64,000 nucleotides of DNA. Source: an uncultured virus (IMG/VR IMGVR_UViG_3300042197_003096) (taxonomy: Duplodnaviria; Heunggongvirae; Uroviricota; Caudoviricetes). The notes beneath the pieces are model-generated. The model did not search any database. It saw only the letters and a program-made list of their open reading frames with translations, and was not told the origin of the DNA. Location: the IMG/VR virus record IMGVR_UViG_3300042197_003096; one strand, 5' to 3'. Shown here one piece after another: positions 49,917 through 58,787 of the stretch. Each line of letters opens with the position of its first letter. Position 1 is the stretch's first letter. A program made the position numbers and the translations under genes.

Positions 49917-50834
49917 ATGCAAAAAAATAGGCTGGGTTATTGTTGTCTTTGCTTAAGTCTCGAAAAACAGGGGGCAACCACCAACAGAGGTATGGTGAGG
50001 AGAACTTTCGACGAGAAAGGTTTAGAGTATGTTTCGCATCTCGCAATTCAAAACACTGAAGATCTTGCTACCATTTTAAGCTTTAATGCCTCTGTGGGAA
50101 TCACTCTTTACAGGATGAGCTCAGACATGTTTCCTTGGATGTCAGAATACGAGATCCACGAGTTGCCTAATTTTTCACAAATAGAAAGAAATCTTAAAAG
50201 GGCTGGGGACATAGCTAAAGAAACTAACCAAAGGCTGACTTTTCACCCGTCCCATTTTTGCGTCATTGCTTCCGAGCGTTCGGATGTGGCAGAAAAATCA
50301 ATAAAAGAACTAAGACAGCACGCAGAGATTATGGATTATATGGGTCTAGAACAGTCCCACAAATACCCCATAAATATTCACATAAACACCACTAAACCGG
50401 ACAAACAGTCTGCAGCCGATAGATTCATATTATCTTTTGAAAAGTTGCCTTATAACGTACGTAAGAGGCTCGTTTTAGAAAACGACGATAAAAAGAGTCA
50501 GTTCACACCAACAGACCTTTTCAATCTTGTACATAAAAGAATTGGCATTCCTCTGACGTACGACTTCTTACATCATGATTGTAATCCAGATGGACTTTCA
50601 CAGGAGCAAGGATTGGCCCTGTGTCTTTCGACATGGCCGGAAGGAGTCACTGCTATAACACACTATTCAGATTCTAGAAGGATCTATGAAGATTCATCTG
50701 CAAAAGAGGTTGCTCACTCCGATTGGATCTGGAATAAAGTGGAAACTTATGACAGAGAATTTGATATAGAATTTGAAGTGAAGTCTAAAGATCTTGCACT
50801 TCTAAAATATATCGAAACATGGAAGAGTCATTAG
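49917..50834 (+). CDS. uvsE: UV damage endonuclease
   Basis: 'RLGYCC', 'YRMSSDMFP', 'RLTFHP', 'LENDDK', 'DFLHH', 'HSD', 'EVKSKD'. Confidence 0.9.
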   Translation: MQKNRLGYCCLCLSLEKQGATTNRGMVRRTFDEKGLEYVSHLAIQNTEDLATILSFNASVGITLYRMSSDMFPWMSEYEIHELPNFSQIERNLKRAGDIAKETNQRLTFHPSHFCVIASERSDVAEKSIKELRQHAEIMDYMGLEQSHKYPINIHINTTKPDKQSAADRFILSFEKLPYNVRKRLVLENDDKKSQFTPTDLFNLVHKRIGIPLTYDFLHHDCNPDGLSQEQGLALCLSTWPEGVTAITHYSDSRRIYEDSSAKEVAHSDWIWNKVETYDREFDIEFEVKSKDLALLKYIETWKSH

Positions 50835-51025
50835 ATTTAAGTAAAGCAAAGATTTCTCAAGAAAACCAGATTTACGTTTCTGTAATTTTAGAATCAATTA
50901 AAGAAAATTATGGGATAGAGGATCCAGAATCCCATATTAAAAATCTGGGATTCTCATTAGAAGATTTAATCTCCCCGAAAAAGGTTGAGGAATTACTGGA
51001 TCTCCTAAATGCAAACGAGAAATGA
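50819..51025 (+). CDS. Hypothetical protein
   Basis: 68-aa ORF in operon. Confidence 0.5.
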   Translation: MEESLDLSKAKISQENQIYVSVILESIKENYGIEDPESHIKNLGFSLEDLISPKKVEELLDLLNANEK

Positions 51026-51198
51026 AGTTTATCCGATATCTTATATTTTTAATCGGTACGATAATCCTTTTTCTCTTTACCCTAATCGTTGTGATGTTTT
51101 TAGAAATAAACAAAATTCTAGGGGAAATAAAATCACTGAATGGAAGATTATTACAAAATATTAGGCGTAGAAGAAACAGCAGACCAAGAAACAATTAA
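51022..51198 (+). CDS. Small single-pass membrane protein; absent from the ORF track
   Basis: MKFIRYLIFLIGTIILFLFTLIVVMFLEINK...RRRRNSRPRNN*; ATGA-coupled to the upstream ORF and overlapping the dnaJ start. Confidence 0.4.
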   Translation: MKFIRYLIFLIGTIILFLFTLIVVMFLEINKILGEIKSLNGRLLQNIRRRRNSRPRNN

Positions 51199-52165
51199 AA
51201 AAGCTTATAGAAAGCTTGCTGTCAAGTTTCACCCAGACAAAAACAAGGAAAGAGGAGCGGAAGAAAGATTCAAGAAGATAGCAGAAGCCTATGGTGCTAT
51301 CGGAGATCCGGAGAAGCGTTTAAAGTATGATCTGGACAGAAAGAATAAATCTTTTTATAATCCTTTTTCGGGGTTTGAAAAGGCTCAGGGGTTTGGAGGA
51401 TTTGGTTCTTGGGCAAATCCTTCACCGCCTAAGGGAAGTTCCATGAACATCACAATACAAATAAACCTTTCTGATGTTCTTAAAGGTGTTGAAAAAAAGA
51501 TAAAACTAAAAAGAAGCAAAAGGTGTGTGACCTGCTCTGGTACAGGGGCAGAAGGTGGAAGATCTTTTCAGACTTGTGGATTGTGTCAGGGGAGTGGATT
51601 TATCACTATGAACCAGATGCGGGGATATGTCCAGATTAATTCGGTCCAATCCTGTACTTCTTGTAACGGAACGGGAAGAGTCGTTTTAGAAAATTGCTTT
51701 TCTTGTTATGGAAAGGGTCTTAAAACAGAGGATGATATTGTTGATGTGAAAATCCCAGCCGGTGCCGCTGATGGAATGCAGTTCATAGTTGAGGGAAAAG
51801 GAAATGAAAGCACTTTCGGCGGAAGAAACGGAGATCTGTATATCAAGGTCAAAGAAGTACCAGATCCTAGATTTATGAGAAGGGGGATAGATTTAATTTC
51901 TTTCAAAGAGATAAGTTTTATAGAAGCAGTTTTAGGAACAAATAAAGAAATTGATCTACCCTCTGGTGAAAAAGTAAAGGCTGTAGTTGAAGCTGGAACA
52001 GTACCTGGTACTATTCTTAAATTCTCACAAAACGGAATTCCAAATATGGGGTTTGGTGGAAGGGGGGATTTTCTCGTTGAGATCACCATTAAAATACCAA
52101 GGGACCTAAACGAAGAAGAAATGAACGCTATAGAAAACTTAAAAAAACTAGATAAATTCAATTGA
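51140..52165 (+). CDS. dnaJ: DnaJ chaperone
   Basis: J-domain HPD, G/F region, four CxxCxGxG repeats. Confidence 0.95.
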   Translation: MEDYYKILGVEETADQETIKKAYRKLAVKFHPDKNKERGAEERFKKIAEAYGAIGDPEKRLKYDLDRKNKSFYNPFSGFEKAQGFGGFGSWANPSPPKGSSMNITIQINLSDVLKGVEKKIKLKRSKRCVTCSGTGAEGGRSFQTCGLCQGSGFITMNQMRGYVQINSVQSCTSCNGTGRVVLENCFSCYGKGLKTEDDIVDVKIPAGAADGMQFIVEGKGNESTFGGRNGDLYIKVKEVPDPRFMRRGIDLISFKEISFIEAVLGTNKEIDLPSGEKVKAVVEAGTVPGTILKFSQNGIPNMGFGGRGDFLVEITIKIPRDLNEEEMNAIENLKKLDKFN

Positions 52166-52166
52166 T

Positions 52167-52478
52167 ATGGAAAAAGAGATCCTGTTTTTATTATCCGTTT
52201 GGGGAGCCACTCATATTATAGTCTCCTCTAAAATCGTCCAGCCAATCAGAGATTGGTGTTTAATATACGCTCCAAAAATAGGAGAACTTTTGAACTGCTA
52301 CCAATGTACGGGGTTATGGGTTTCTCTAATTTTTTATTTCTTTTTTGGTCTCCCTACTTTAACTCTAAGCTTTCATGGTTATAATCTAGATCCGTTGTTT
52401 TGGGGTTTTACCGGATCTGGTGTTTGTTCTTTATTATCCTTTGTATCTTCTTATTTATTAAGGAAAAAGGATATATAA
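52167..52478 (+). CDS. DUF1360-like membrane protein
   Basis: 'PIR', 'GELLNCYQCTGLWVS' plus hydrophobic helices. Confidence 0.6.
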   Translation: MEKEILFLLSVWGATHIIVSSKIVQPIRDWCLIYAPKIGELLNCYQCTGLWVSLIFYFFFGLPTLTLSFHGYNLDPLFWGFTGSGVCSLLSFVSSYLLRKKDI

Positions 52479-52482
52479 AAAT

Positions 52483-53520
52483 ATGAAAAGACCCGTTTTA
52501 TCTTTCAAAGAATTTATTTTTGAACAAGAAGGAGGTGTTACTGGAGCACCTCCAGGACCTACTACCGCAGCTCCTGAAACTGAGAGACAAGCAAAAAGCA
52601 GAATCGCAGCAACTCTAGTAAAAAGCATTTTTGGAGATATGGAAGGTCTCACCGGTGGTATTGACAGTATTATAGACCAAACCAAAGAGGTAAAAGAATC
52701 TCTCCCCTATAAAGGATGTGGGGCAACTGAACCTTATCCATTAGAGAAAAAACCCATTACTGTTGGGGCTTTCAAAAAGATACTGGAGTATCTGCAAGCT
52801 GAAAATAAAGGAGACTATTCAAGAACTCTTAAGGAGTTAGAAGAGGGAAGAGCGATCTTAGTAGGACTAAGAAATAAACTTGCTGTTAAGAAAGAAGCTG
52901 CCAACCAGGATAGATTTACCGATGCCCTTTATTTCATTCCACAAGGAGCTAAACCAGAAGATCCAATAGTTCCTTATCAGATCACTACTGTTCCTAGTCT
53001 TTCTTATTATGGTAAGAAGCCTATGAATCCTGCAGGAACGGGAATCAAATTACCAGGTGAAACACTTTATTATCTACAAGAAAGCGAGCTCGGCCACGGA
53101 AAATATAAAATGATGGTTGAAGCAGAACCTATTGATGTTGGTAGATATGAAATAGGGGTAGATAAATTCGACACGTATAAACCTTCTAAGAAATTCAAAG
53201 AAAGGACGGGAATGCAAATACACAGATCTTCAACCAAAGGTGAAGGTATTTGTGTGGGACCTTGGTCAGCAGGATGTCAGGTATTTTCTGATTATGAAGA
53301 ATGGAAAGATTTCATATCTAAAGCAGAAAGCCAGACGAATAACGGTCCCAAGTTTCTTTATTCTTTAGTTGAATTGGATTCAATACCTGACCAGAAAATG
53401 TCTGAATTTACATCAGGAGCTCTGATTGCTTCGGCTGAACCGGGGAAAAAAGAAGGAGAAAAAGCGGCAGAAAAACCAAAGGAGAAGCCAGGACTTAAAT
53501 CTTTCGGAAAGATCTCCTAA
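52483..53520 (+). CDS. CTS-tagged protein with a YkuD/L,D-transpeptidase-like His..SxGC domain (possible cell-wall enzyme)
   Basis: 'GMQIHRS...WSAGCQV'; MKRPVLSFKEFIFEQ; GATATATA at 52470. Confidence 0.5.
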   Translation: MKRPVLSFKEFIFEQEGGVTGAPPGPTTAAPETERQAKSRIAATLVKSIFGDMEGLTGGIDSIIDQTKEVKESLPYKGCGATEPYPLEKKPITVGAFKKILEYLQAENKGDYSRTLKELEEGRAILVGLRNKLAVKKEAANQDRFTDALYFIPQGAKPEDPIVPYQITTVPSLSYYGKKPMNPAGTGIKLPGETLYYLQESELGHGKYKMMVEAEPIDVGRYEIGVDKFDTYKPSKKFKERTGMQIHRSSTKGEGICVGPWSAGCQVFSDYEEWKDFISKAESQTNNGPKFLYSLVELDSIPDQKMSEFTSGALIASAEPGKKEGEKAAEKPKEKPGLKSFGKIS

Positions 53521-53578
53521 TATTCAAATCCCGAGAAACTTTTATCTTTAGACCACATAAAATTTAAAAAGAATTTTA

Positions 53579-54988
53579 GTGGATAACAGAATAACCATCT
53601 CGGAACAGATAAATCAGGATTACAGGAAGTACGCTTTATACGTCATTCAAAGTCGGGGTATTCCCAATTTTTATGACGCGTTAACCCCAGTACAAAGACT
53701 CATTCTTCAAAACTCTCCCAGCATCTTCAAAAAAACTGTGGGTGTGATAGGAGAAGTTTTCAGCACCGGACTTTATCACCACGGAGACAGTTCAATGTCT
53801 CAAGCCATTTCTAAACTTGCTAGACCTTTTGCTTGTTCTGATCAAATTTTATTAGGTGACGGATTTTTTGGAACACCAGTAAATCCTGCACCATCAGCAC
53901 CAAGATACACACAGGTCAAGATCTCTCAAAAATACAAGGAGATCATCGAGAAATACAAGGACCTGAATATACCTAACGAAGAAGGTGGATTCGATTGGAT
54001 CCACGTAGATTATCCAGTTGGTATCTCCACTCACATAGTGGGAATCGCAGTTGGATACAAATCAAATATCCTACCGAGAAAACCCGAAGATATAGTCAAA
54101 TACTTAGAGGGTGACAGGGGTAAAAAATTAAAACCTTTTTTCAGGGGATTCAAGGGAAAAATTTCTAGGGTGGATTCTTTGAAGTGTGCTTGGATGATAG
54201 AGGGTGAAACTGAAGTTGATCTCGTAACGAGAACAGTAAAAATCAATTCCATTTCACCACTCCAGAGGTACGAATCATTTTTCACCCGTCTAAATTCTCT
54301 CCTGGAAAGATCTCTTCTAAATTATAAGATGGACAACTTCTCCACCGACGAGGTTAAGATCTCAATCAAATTTAGGTGTTCAGATTTAGAGTTTAAGGAG
54401 ATAAGTGATAAAATCCTAAAAGAGACAAAGCAGATAGTCACGGAAAATATCGTTTTTGTCAAAGATGGATCTGTTTTAGAATACGACGAGTTGGAAGAAT
54501 ACCTTGATGACTTCTTGGTACACAGAGAAAATAATATTCTGAAAAGATTTCAGAAAGATCTGGAATACCTTGAATTTGATCTTGAATATCTAGAAGCCAA
54601 GTTGAAATTTCTTCTTTTCATGTCAGAGAAGAAAAGAACTGCAGAAGAAGTGGAAAAATTTCTTTCCGAATACAAAAAAGAGATCTCTAGAAAATTAGAA
54701 GCAATCTCTTTGACTAGGCTTACTAAGGAGGAAATTAATCGCACCAAAGAGGAAATAATTCAATGTAAAGCTGCTATAAAAGATAAGAATGCACAAATCA
54801 AAAAGCAAACCATCAGATTCAAAGAGGTCCAAAAGGAAAATTCTTCTAAATCTAAAAAGGGAAAGAAAACAACTTCTCTTTTAGAAACTAGTCCAGCAGA
54901 AGAATATCACAATGGAATTAGAATTTGGAACCCTGAAGAGGAAATACTTGAAGAAGAAAAACAAGAAGAACAAATAGAAAATGAGTAA
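53579..54988 (+). CDS. Type II topoisomerase breakage-reunion subunit (GyrA/T4 gp52-like)
   Basis: 'DALTPVQR', 'YHHGDSS', catalytic 'APRYT', 'GIAVGY'. Confidence 0.9.
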   Translation: MDNRITISEQINQDYRKYALYVIQSRGIPNFYDALTPVQRLILQNSPSIFKKTVGVIGEVFSTGLYHHGDSSMSQAISKLARPFACSDQILLGDGFFGTPVNPAPSAPRYTQVKISQKYKEIIEKYKDLNIPNEEGGFDWIHVDYPVGISTHIVGIAVGYKSNILPRKPEDIVKYLEGDRGKKLKPFFRGFKGKISRVDSLKCAWMIEGETEVDLVTRTVKINSISPLQRYESFFTRLNSLLERSLLNYKMDNFSTDEVKISIKFRCSDLEFKEISDKILKETKQIVTENIVFVKDGSVLEYDELEEYLDDFLVHRENNILKRFQKDLEYLEFDLEYLEAKLKFLLFMSEKKRTAEEVEKFLSEYKKEISRKLEAISLTRLTKEEINRTKEEIIQCKAAIKDKNAQIKKQTIRFKEVQKENSSKSKKGKKTTSLLETSPAEEYHNGIRIWNPEEEILEEEKQEEQIENE

Positions 54989-55748
54989 AAAATCACAAAC
55001 CTGGAATCTTAGAATTATTAATTCTGGAAACTTTATTTCTTTCCTAAAGAAATTGAAATTGGTAGACAAGAGTGTACCTCTTGAACTTGAAGGAGATCAG
55101 CTTTTCGCTAAAGTACGTACACCTGACAAATCTGTTATAAAATTTGTTGGTGTGGATGTATCGGAAGTTCTCGAAGGTGACATTCCTCCGCAAAGACTAA
55201 AGATAGGGATTTTAGAAATCGGTAAACTTATCGATGTTTTCAAACATTTTGGTCCAGAGGAAGAAGTCACACTAATAATTGATTCACAGCCATATGATGG
55301 GGGATTTATCGCTACAAGTATAAAATTCTCTTCTCCTTCTTTGAATATCTTCATTAAGTGTGCAGACATTAGCCTGCTTGCTTATATTGATGACAACATC
55401 CAAAGGGGAATTCACTCCACTGAAGGATCTGAAATTAATTTTTCAATCACCCGTGAATCTTTCCAAAAGATTTCTTCTTTGACTGGGATAGAATCAAATG
55501 CGGAAGAACTTTTAAATCTAGACGTTCATGAAACTGGAGTAACGGTAAGAGGAAATTCTTTTCACTTCCATATCATTAGGGGTTCAAAGGTTCAAGGTTT
55601 TACAGAACCTAAGGTTTTCACCATATACAAAAATCAGTTCTCTTATATCGATCAAGAGGCTTCTGAAATTCATTTTCATGAAAATAGGATCGTTGTTAAA
55701 TCCACCGAATCAGATTCTATTATAGCAATAGGTCTTGTTGAAATTTAA
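54981..55748 (+). CDS. Probable DNA sliding clamp (gp45/PCNA-like)
   Basis: 255 aa with alternating strands and helices, directly upstream of the polymerase C-subunit. Confidence 0.55.
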   Translation: MSKKSQTWNLRIINSGNFISFLKKLKLVDKSVPLELEGDQLFAKVRTPDKSVIKFVGVDVSEVLEGDIPPQRLKIGILEIGKLIDVFKHFGPEEEVTLIIDSQPYDGGFIATSIKFSSPSLNIFIKCADISLLAYIDDNIQRGIHSTEGSEINFSITRESFQKISSLTGIESNAEELLNLDVHETGVTVRGNSFHFHIIRGSKVQGFTEPKVFTIYKNQFSYIDQEASEIHFHENRIVVKSTESDSIIAIGLVEI

Positions 55749-55749
55749 T

Positions 55750-56922
55750 ATGACAGAAGAAACAGATTACAGTTCATTATCGATCGAGGAACTAAATAAG
55801 AGACTCTCAGAGTTACAGAAAAAATCATCCGATTACTATAATCAGGAGCAAGGTATTAAATTAACTCTAAACAGTATCTACGGAGCCCTCGGGAACCAAT
55901 GGTTTGCCTGCTTTAATCCTGATGTTGCTGAGAGTGTAACTCTACAGGGGCAGGACATCTGGAGGTTTGCTGAAAAAATCATCAATCGGTACTTTAATGA
56001 TATGTGGCACCAAGACACCGAGCTCCACGAAAAGATGGGAGTTAGGAATGTCAGAAAGTTAAATATGGATTTAATTATCTACGGTGACACAGACTCGAAT
56101 TACATCAACCTCGGAGCCGTTATGGATTCCTGTGAGTTTGATTACGAGCCTTTTGAGTTCGTGAAAAAACTCAACGAGTTTAGACTCAAAGAGTACATTA
56201 AAAAGTGCTACGATATTTACTCCACTAAATGGGGGACAGACAACTACCAAGATTTTGAATTGGAAAGCCTTTCATATTCAGGAATATTTTTAGGAAAGAA
56301 AAAATACGTTCTTGACATTGCCTGGCAAGATCCAAACAAGGATATGTTTCCCAAGCTTTCTAAAATAAAATCTACAGGTATAGAGTTGGCCCAAGGAGGC
56401 ACTGCTCCTTTTGCAAGGGAAAAACTGACCTTCTTACTTAGACACATTTTTGATCGGGGTAAAAGTTTTGATATCAGGGAGTTTGTAAAGATCCTGAAAG
56501 AGATCAAAAATGAATTCAAAGTACAGAACCCGGACCAGGTGGCAGTGGGAACAGCAGTTAACAACATAGAAAAATTTATCATTAACGATACAAACAAATT
56601 CGAAGTTGCAAAAGGGTGTCCAATGCACGTTAGAGCTGCTGGATACCATAACTACCTTCTGAACAACTCAAAGTATAAAGCCAAATACAGCCTTATAAGA
56701 TCTTCGGAGAAAATCAAATACTATTTTGTTAAAGTCAAGAATGAACAAGAAAATAACGTCTTTGGTTATCTGAACGGTTCTTATCCTTACGAAATAGCAC
56801 CACCGATAGATTACGATGAACAATTTAATAGAGTGATCCTAGATCCAATTAACAGATTCGTGGAATCTATGGGATACACTCCACTTTCTCCAAATCTCCT
56901 CCTGGTAAGATCTCTTTTCTAA
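55750..56922 (+). CDS. Family B DNA polymerase, C-terminal subunit (fingers, palm, thumb)
   Basis: 'KLTLNSIYGALGN', 'YGDTDS', 'KKKY', 'GCPMHVRA'. Confidence 0.9.
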   Translation: MTEETDYSSLSIEELNKRLSELQKKSSDYYNQEQGIKLTLNSIYGALGNQWFACFNPDVAESVTLQGQDIWRFAEKIINRYFNDMWHQDTELHEKMGVRNVRKLNMDLIIYGDTDSNYINLGAVMDSCEFDYEPFEFVKKLNEFRLKEYIKKCYDIYSTKWGTDNYQDFELESLSYSGIFLGKKKYVLDIAWQDPNKDMFPKLSKIKSTGIELAQGGTAPFAREKLTFLLRHIFDRGKSFDIREFVKILKEIKNEFKVQNPDQVAVGTAVNNIEKFIINDTNKFEVAKGCPMHVRAAGYHNYLLNNSKYKAKYSLIRSSEKIKYYFVKVKNEQENNVFGYLNGSYPYEIAPPIDYDEQFNRVILDPINRFVESMGYTPLSPNLLLVRSLF

Positions 56923-56962
56923 ATTTTCTCTGTATTTTAAGATATATAGAAAAAAATATAAC

Positions 56963-57403
56963 ATGCCACCAATGAGTTTTAAAGATTTTAGATCAGGCGA
57001 GGGTCAGCCAGAAATACAAAATATTGAAATGACCAAGTCCTTGGGTAAAAGTCTAGACGAGCACTTCGTTTCCCTTTTGACTTTTCAAGCACAACTTAAA
57101 ATAATGCACTGGGGAACTGGATCATTCGCACAGCACGAAGCTTATGGAAAAACTTATGCTTCTGTTGATGCAGGTTTAGACGCACTTGTGGAATCTTATC
57201 AAGGTTATCATGGCTTGATTGATTTTGGAAGCTCCTGTGAATTTATTAGCTTTCAAAATGTGGAAGTGAATTCATGGCTTGGTTCTATGCTAGAGTGTCT
57301 GAACACAATGAGAGGAGAATTTCAAGAGTCGGATCTTCAGAACTTAACTGATGAGTTAATCTCTGGAATTTCTAAGTTGAAATACCTTTTAACCCTGAAG
57401 TAA
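56963..57403 (+). CDS. Ferritin-like (DUF5856-like) protein with CTS-like N-terminus
   Basis: 'HW.T.SFAQH.A', 'D.LVE.YQG', 'KLKYLLTLK'; MPPMSFKDF; GATATATA at 56941. Confidence 0.65.
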   Translation: MPPMSFKDFRSGEGQPEIQNIEMTKSLGKSLDEHFVSLLTFQAQLKIMHWGTGSFAQHEAYGKTYASVDAGLDALVESYQGYHGLIDFGSSCEFISFQNVEVNSWLGSMLECLNTMRGEFQESDLQNLTDELISGISKLKYLLTLK

Positions 57404-57440
57404 TTAAGAAACTTAATTCAGGGGATACAATATAAATTGT

Positions 57441-57779
57441 ATGTCTCTGAATAAACGTTACTTCTCTTGGGATTCGATTTTGGAAAAGGCTTCCCAATCT
57501 GATTTTACAGCCTTTGAATCTTGGTTGATTAAACCAGACGTCAAATTTTACGAAGATGAAATGTCAGCTTATTACGCTGACATTTTTTCTGCATGTCCAG
57601 AAAATCACATGAAAATTATTTTTGAACACACAACGGAAGGTCCGGTATTTCTCGAGGATCTTTTCAAATTAATTGCCGTTGTTACTCACAAGGAAAATAA
57701 AGAACACCATCTTCCCTTCGTAAACCAATACAAAGAATTATGGAGAAAGAAGTGGGAAATGGATATTGAAATAAATTAA
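57441..57779 (+). CDS. Hypothetical protein
   Basis: 112-aa ORF following a GAAAC-N18-TATAA motif. Confidence 0.55.
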   Translation: MSLNKRYFSWDSILEKASQSDFTAFESWLIKPDVKFYEDEMSAYYADIFSACPENHMKIIFEHTTEGPVFLEDLFKLIAVVTHKENKEHHLPFVNQYKELWRKKWEMDIEIN

Positions 57780-57789
57780 TCTAAACAAA

Positions 57790-58056
57790 ATGGAAAATTT
57801 TGAAAGACCAATAAAAGTTGATTTGAGTCAAACACCTTGGATCAAATGTGACGGAGGAAATATGGTATGGGAGTCAGGAATGCTTTTCAAGAAACTATCC
57901 CCTCTCGTTAGCCCAACAGGGAAAGAAGAGCTTATCCCCGCAGAAGTGGTAATCTGTAAAACGTGTGGTAAAATCCCTAAATTTTTCTGGGAAAAAGCTA
58001 AGGAAATCCCGGAAGAGCTTAAATCCACTTGCGAAAAATCTTCGATTATCTCCTAA
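57790..58056 (+). CDS. Small Zn-ribbon-like protein
   Basis: 'IKCD..', 'KKLSPLVSPTGKE', 'CKTCG'. Confidence 0.55.
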   Translation: MENFERPIKVDLSQTPWIKCDGGNMVWESGMLFKKLSPLVSPTGKEELIPAEVVICKTCGKIPKFFWEKAKEIPEELKSTCEKSSIIS

Positions 58057-58099
58057 AAACATTTTTTTATTTGAGATTTTTCTAATACCTTTGTCCTCT

Positions 58100-58786
58100 A
58101 TGAAATATTTATCGATTGATTTAGAAACGACAGGGTTGGATCCTCAAAATCACGAGATCCTGACCTTTTCTGCAATTCTAGAGGACACTGAAAAGAAACT
58201 CCCGTTCGAAGACTGCCCCAAATTAAATGTTTATATTTTAAGGGGAGAAGTCTCGGGTAGCATTTTTGCACTAAGTATGAACTCAAAAATTCTCTCTTCG
58301 ATTGCCAGATATTCTGGTTTGAAAACTGTCGAAGAAAGAGCAGGGCTAAGGAAATCCTTAAACGCTGTGTTTTTGGACAAGAGATCACTTCCCTACTATT
58401 TTTATGCCTGGTGTTTGAAGCATCTTGAAGGTAAAGATGTCGGTGAAGAAATTTTAGATCCTGTTAATTGGGAAGACCCAATAAAACCCTTCAAAGAAGT
58501 TTCAGTATTAAAAACTCTGAATGGTATTGTTTGGGTCAACGGAGCCGGTAAAAACTTTGGAACATTTGACAAAAGATTTATAGATGCCTACCCCGAATTC
58601 GGTGACTTTGTCAGATTTAAACAAAGAGTATTGGATCCGAGTATTCTCTATGTTGATTGGAAAAATGACAGAAGCTGCCCGGATCTAACGACGTGTAAAG
58701 AAAGAGCTGGGTTAGATCCTTTTGTATCCCACGACTCTCTCGAAGACGCATGGGACGTTGTTGAACTTCTTAGAAAATTTTACTGA
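58100..58786 (+). CDS. DEDDh 3'-5' exonuclease
   Basis: 'SIDLETTGLD', 'GKNFGTFD', 'HDSLEDA'. Confidence 0.8.
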   Translation: MKYLSIDLETTGLDPQNHEILTFSAILEDTEKKLPFEDCPKLNVYILRGEVSGSIFALSMNSKILSSIARYSGLKTVEERAGLRKSLNAVFLDKRSLPYYFYAWCLKHLEGKDVGEEILDPVNWEDPIKPFKEVSVLKTLNGIVWVNGAGKNFGTFDKRFIDAYPEFGDFVRFKQRVLDPSILYVDWKNDRSCPDLTTCKERAGLDPFVSHDSLEDAWDVVELLRKFY

Positions 58787-58787
58787 T

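Larger units (their letters stand above)
4384..56948 (+). promoter_or_regulatory. Dispersed GATATATA putative late-promoter motif (13 exact copies noticed)
   Basis: At 4384, 16669, 29377, 33104, 34662, 36201, 38268, 41873, 46734, 49134, 49148, 52470, 56941, all just upstream of start codons; variants at 19735, 21490, 40849, 59240. Confidence 0.75.
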
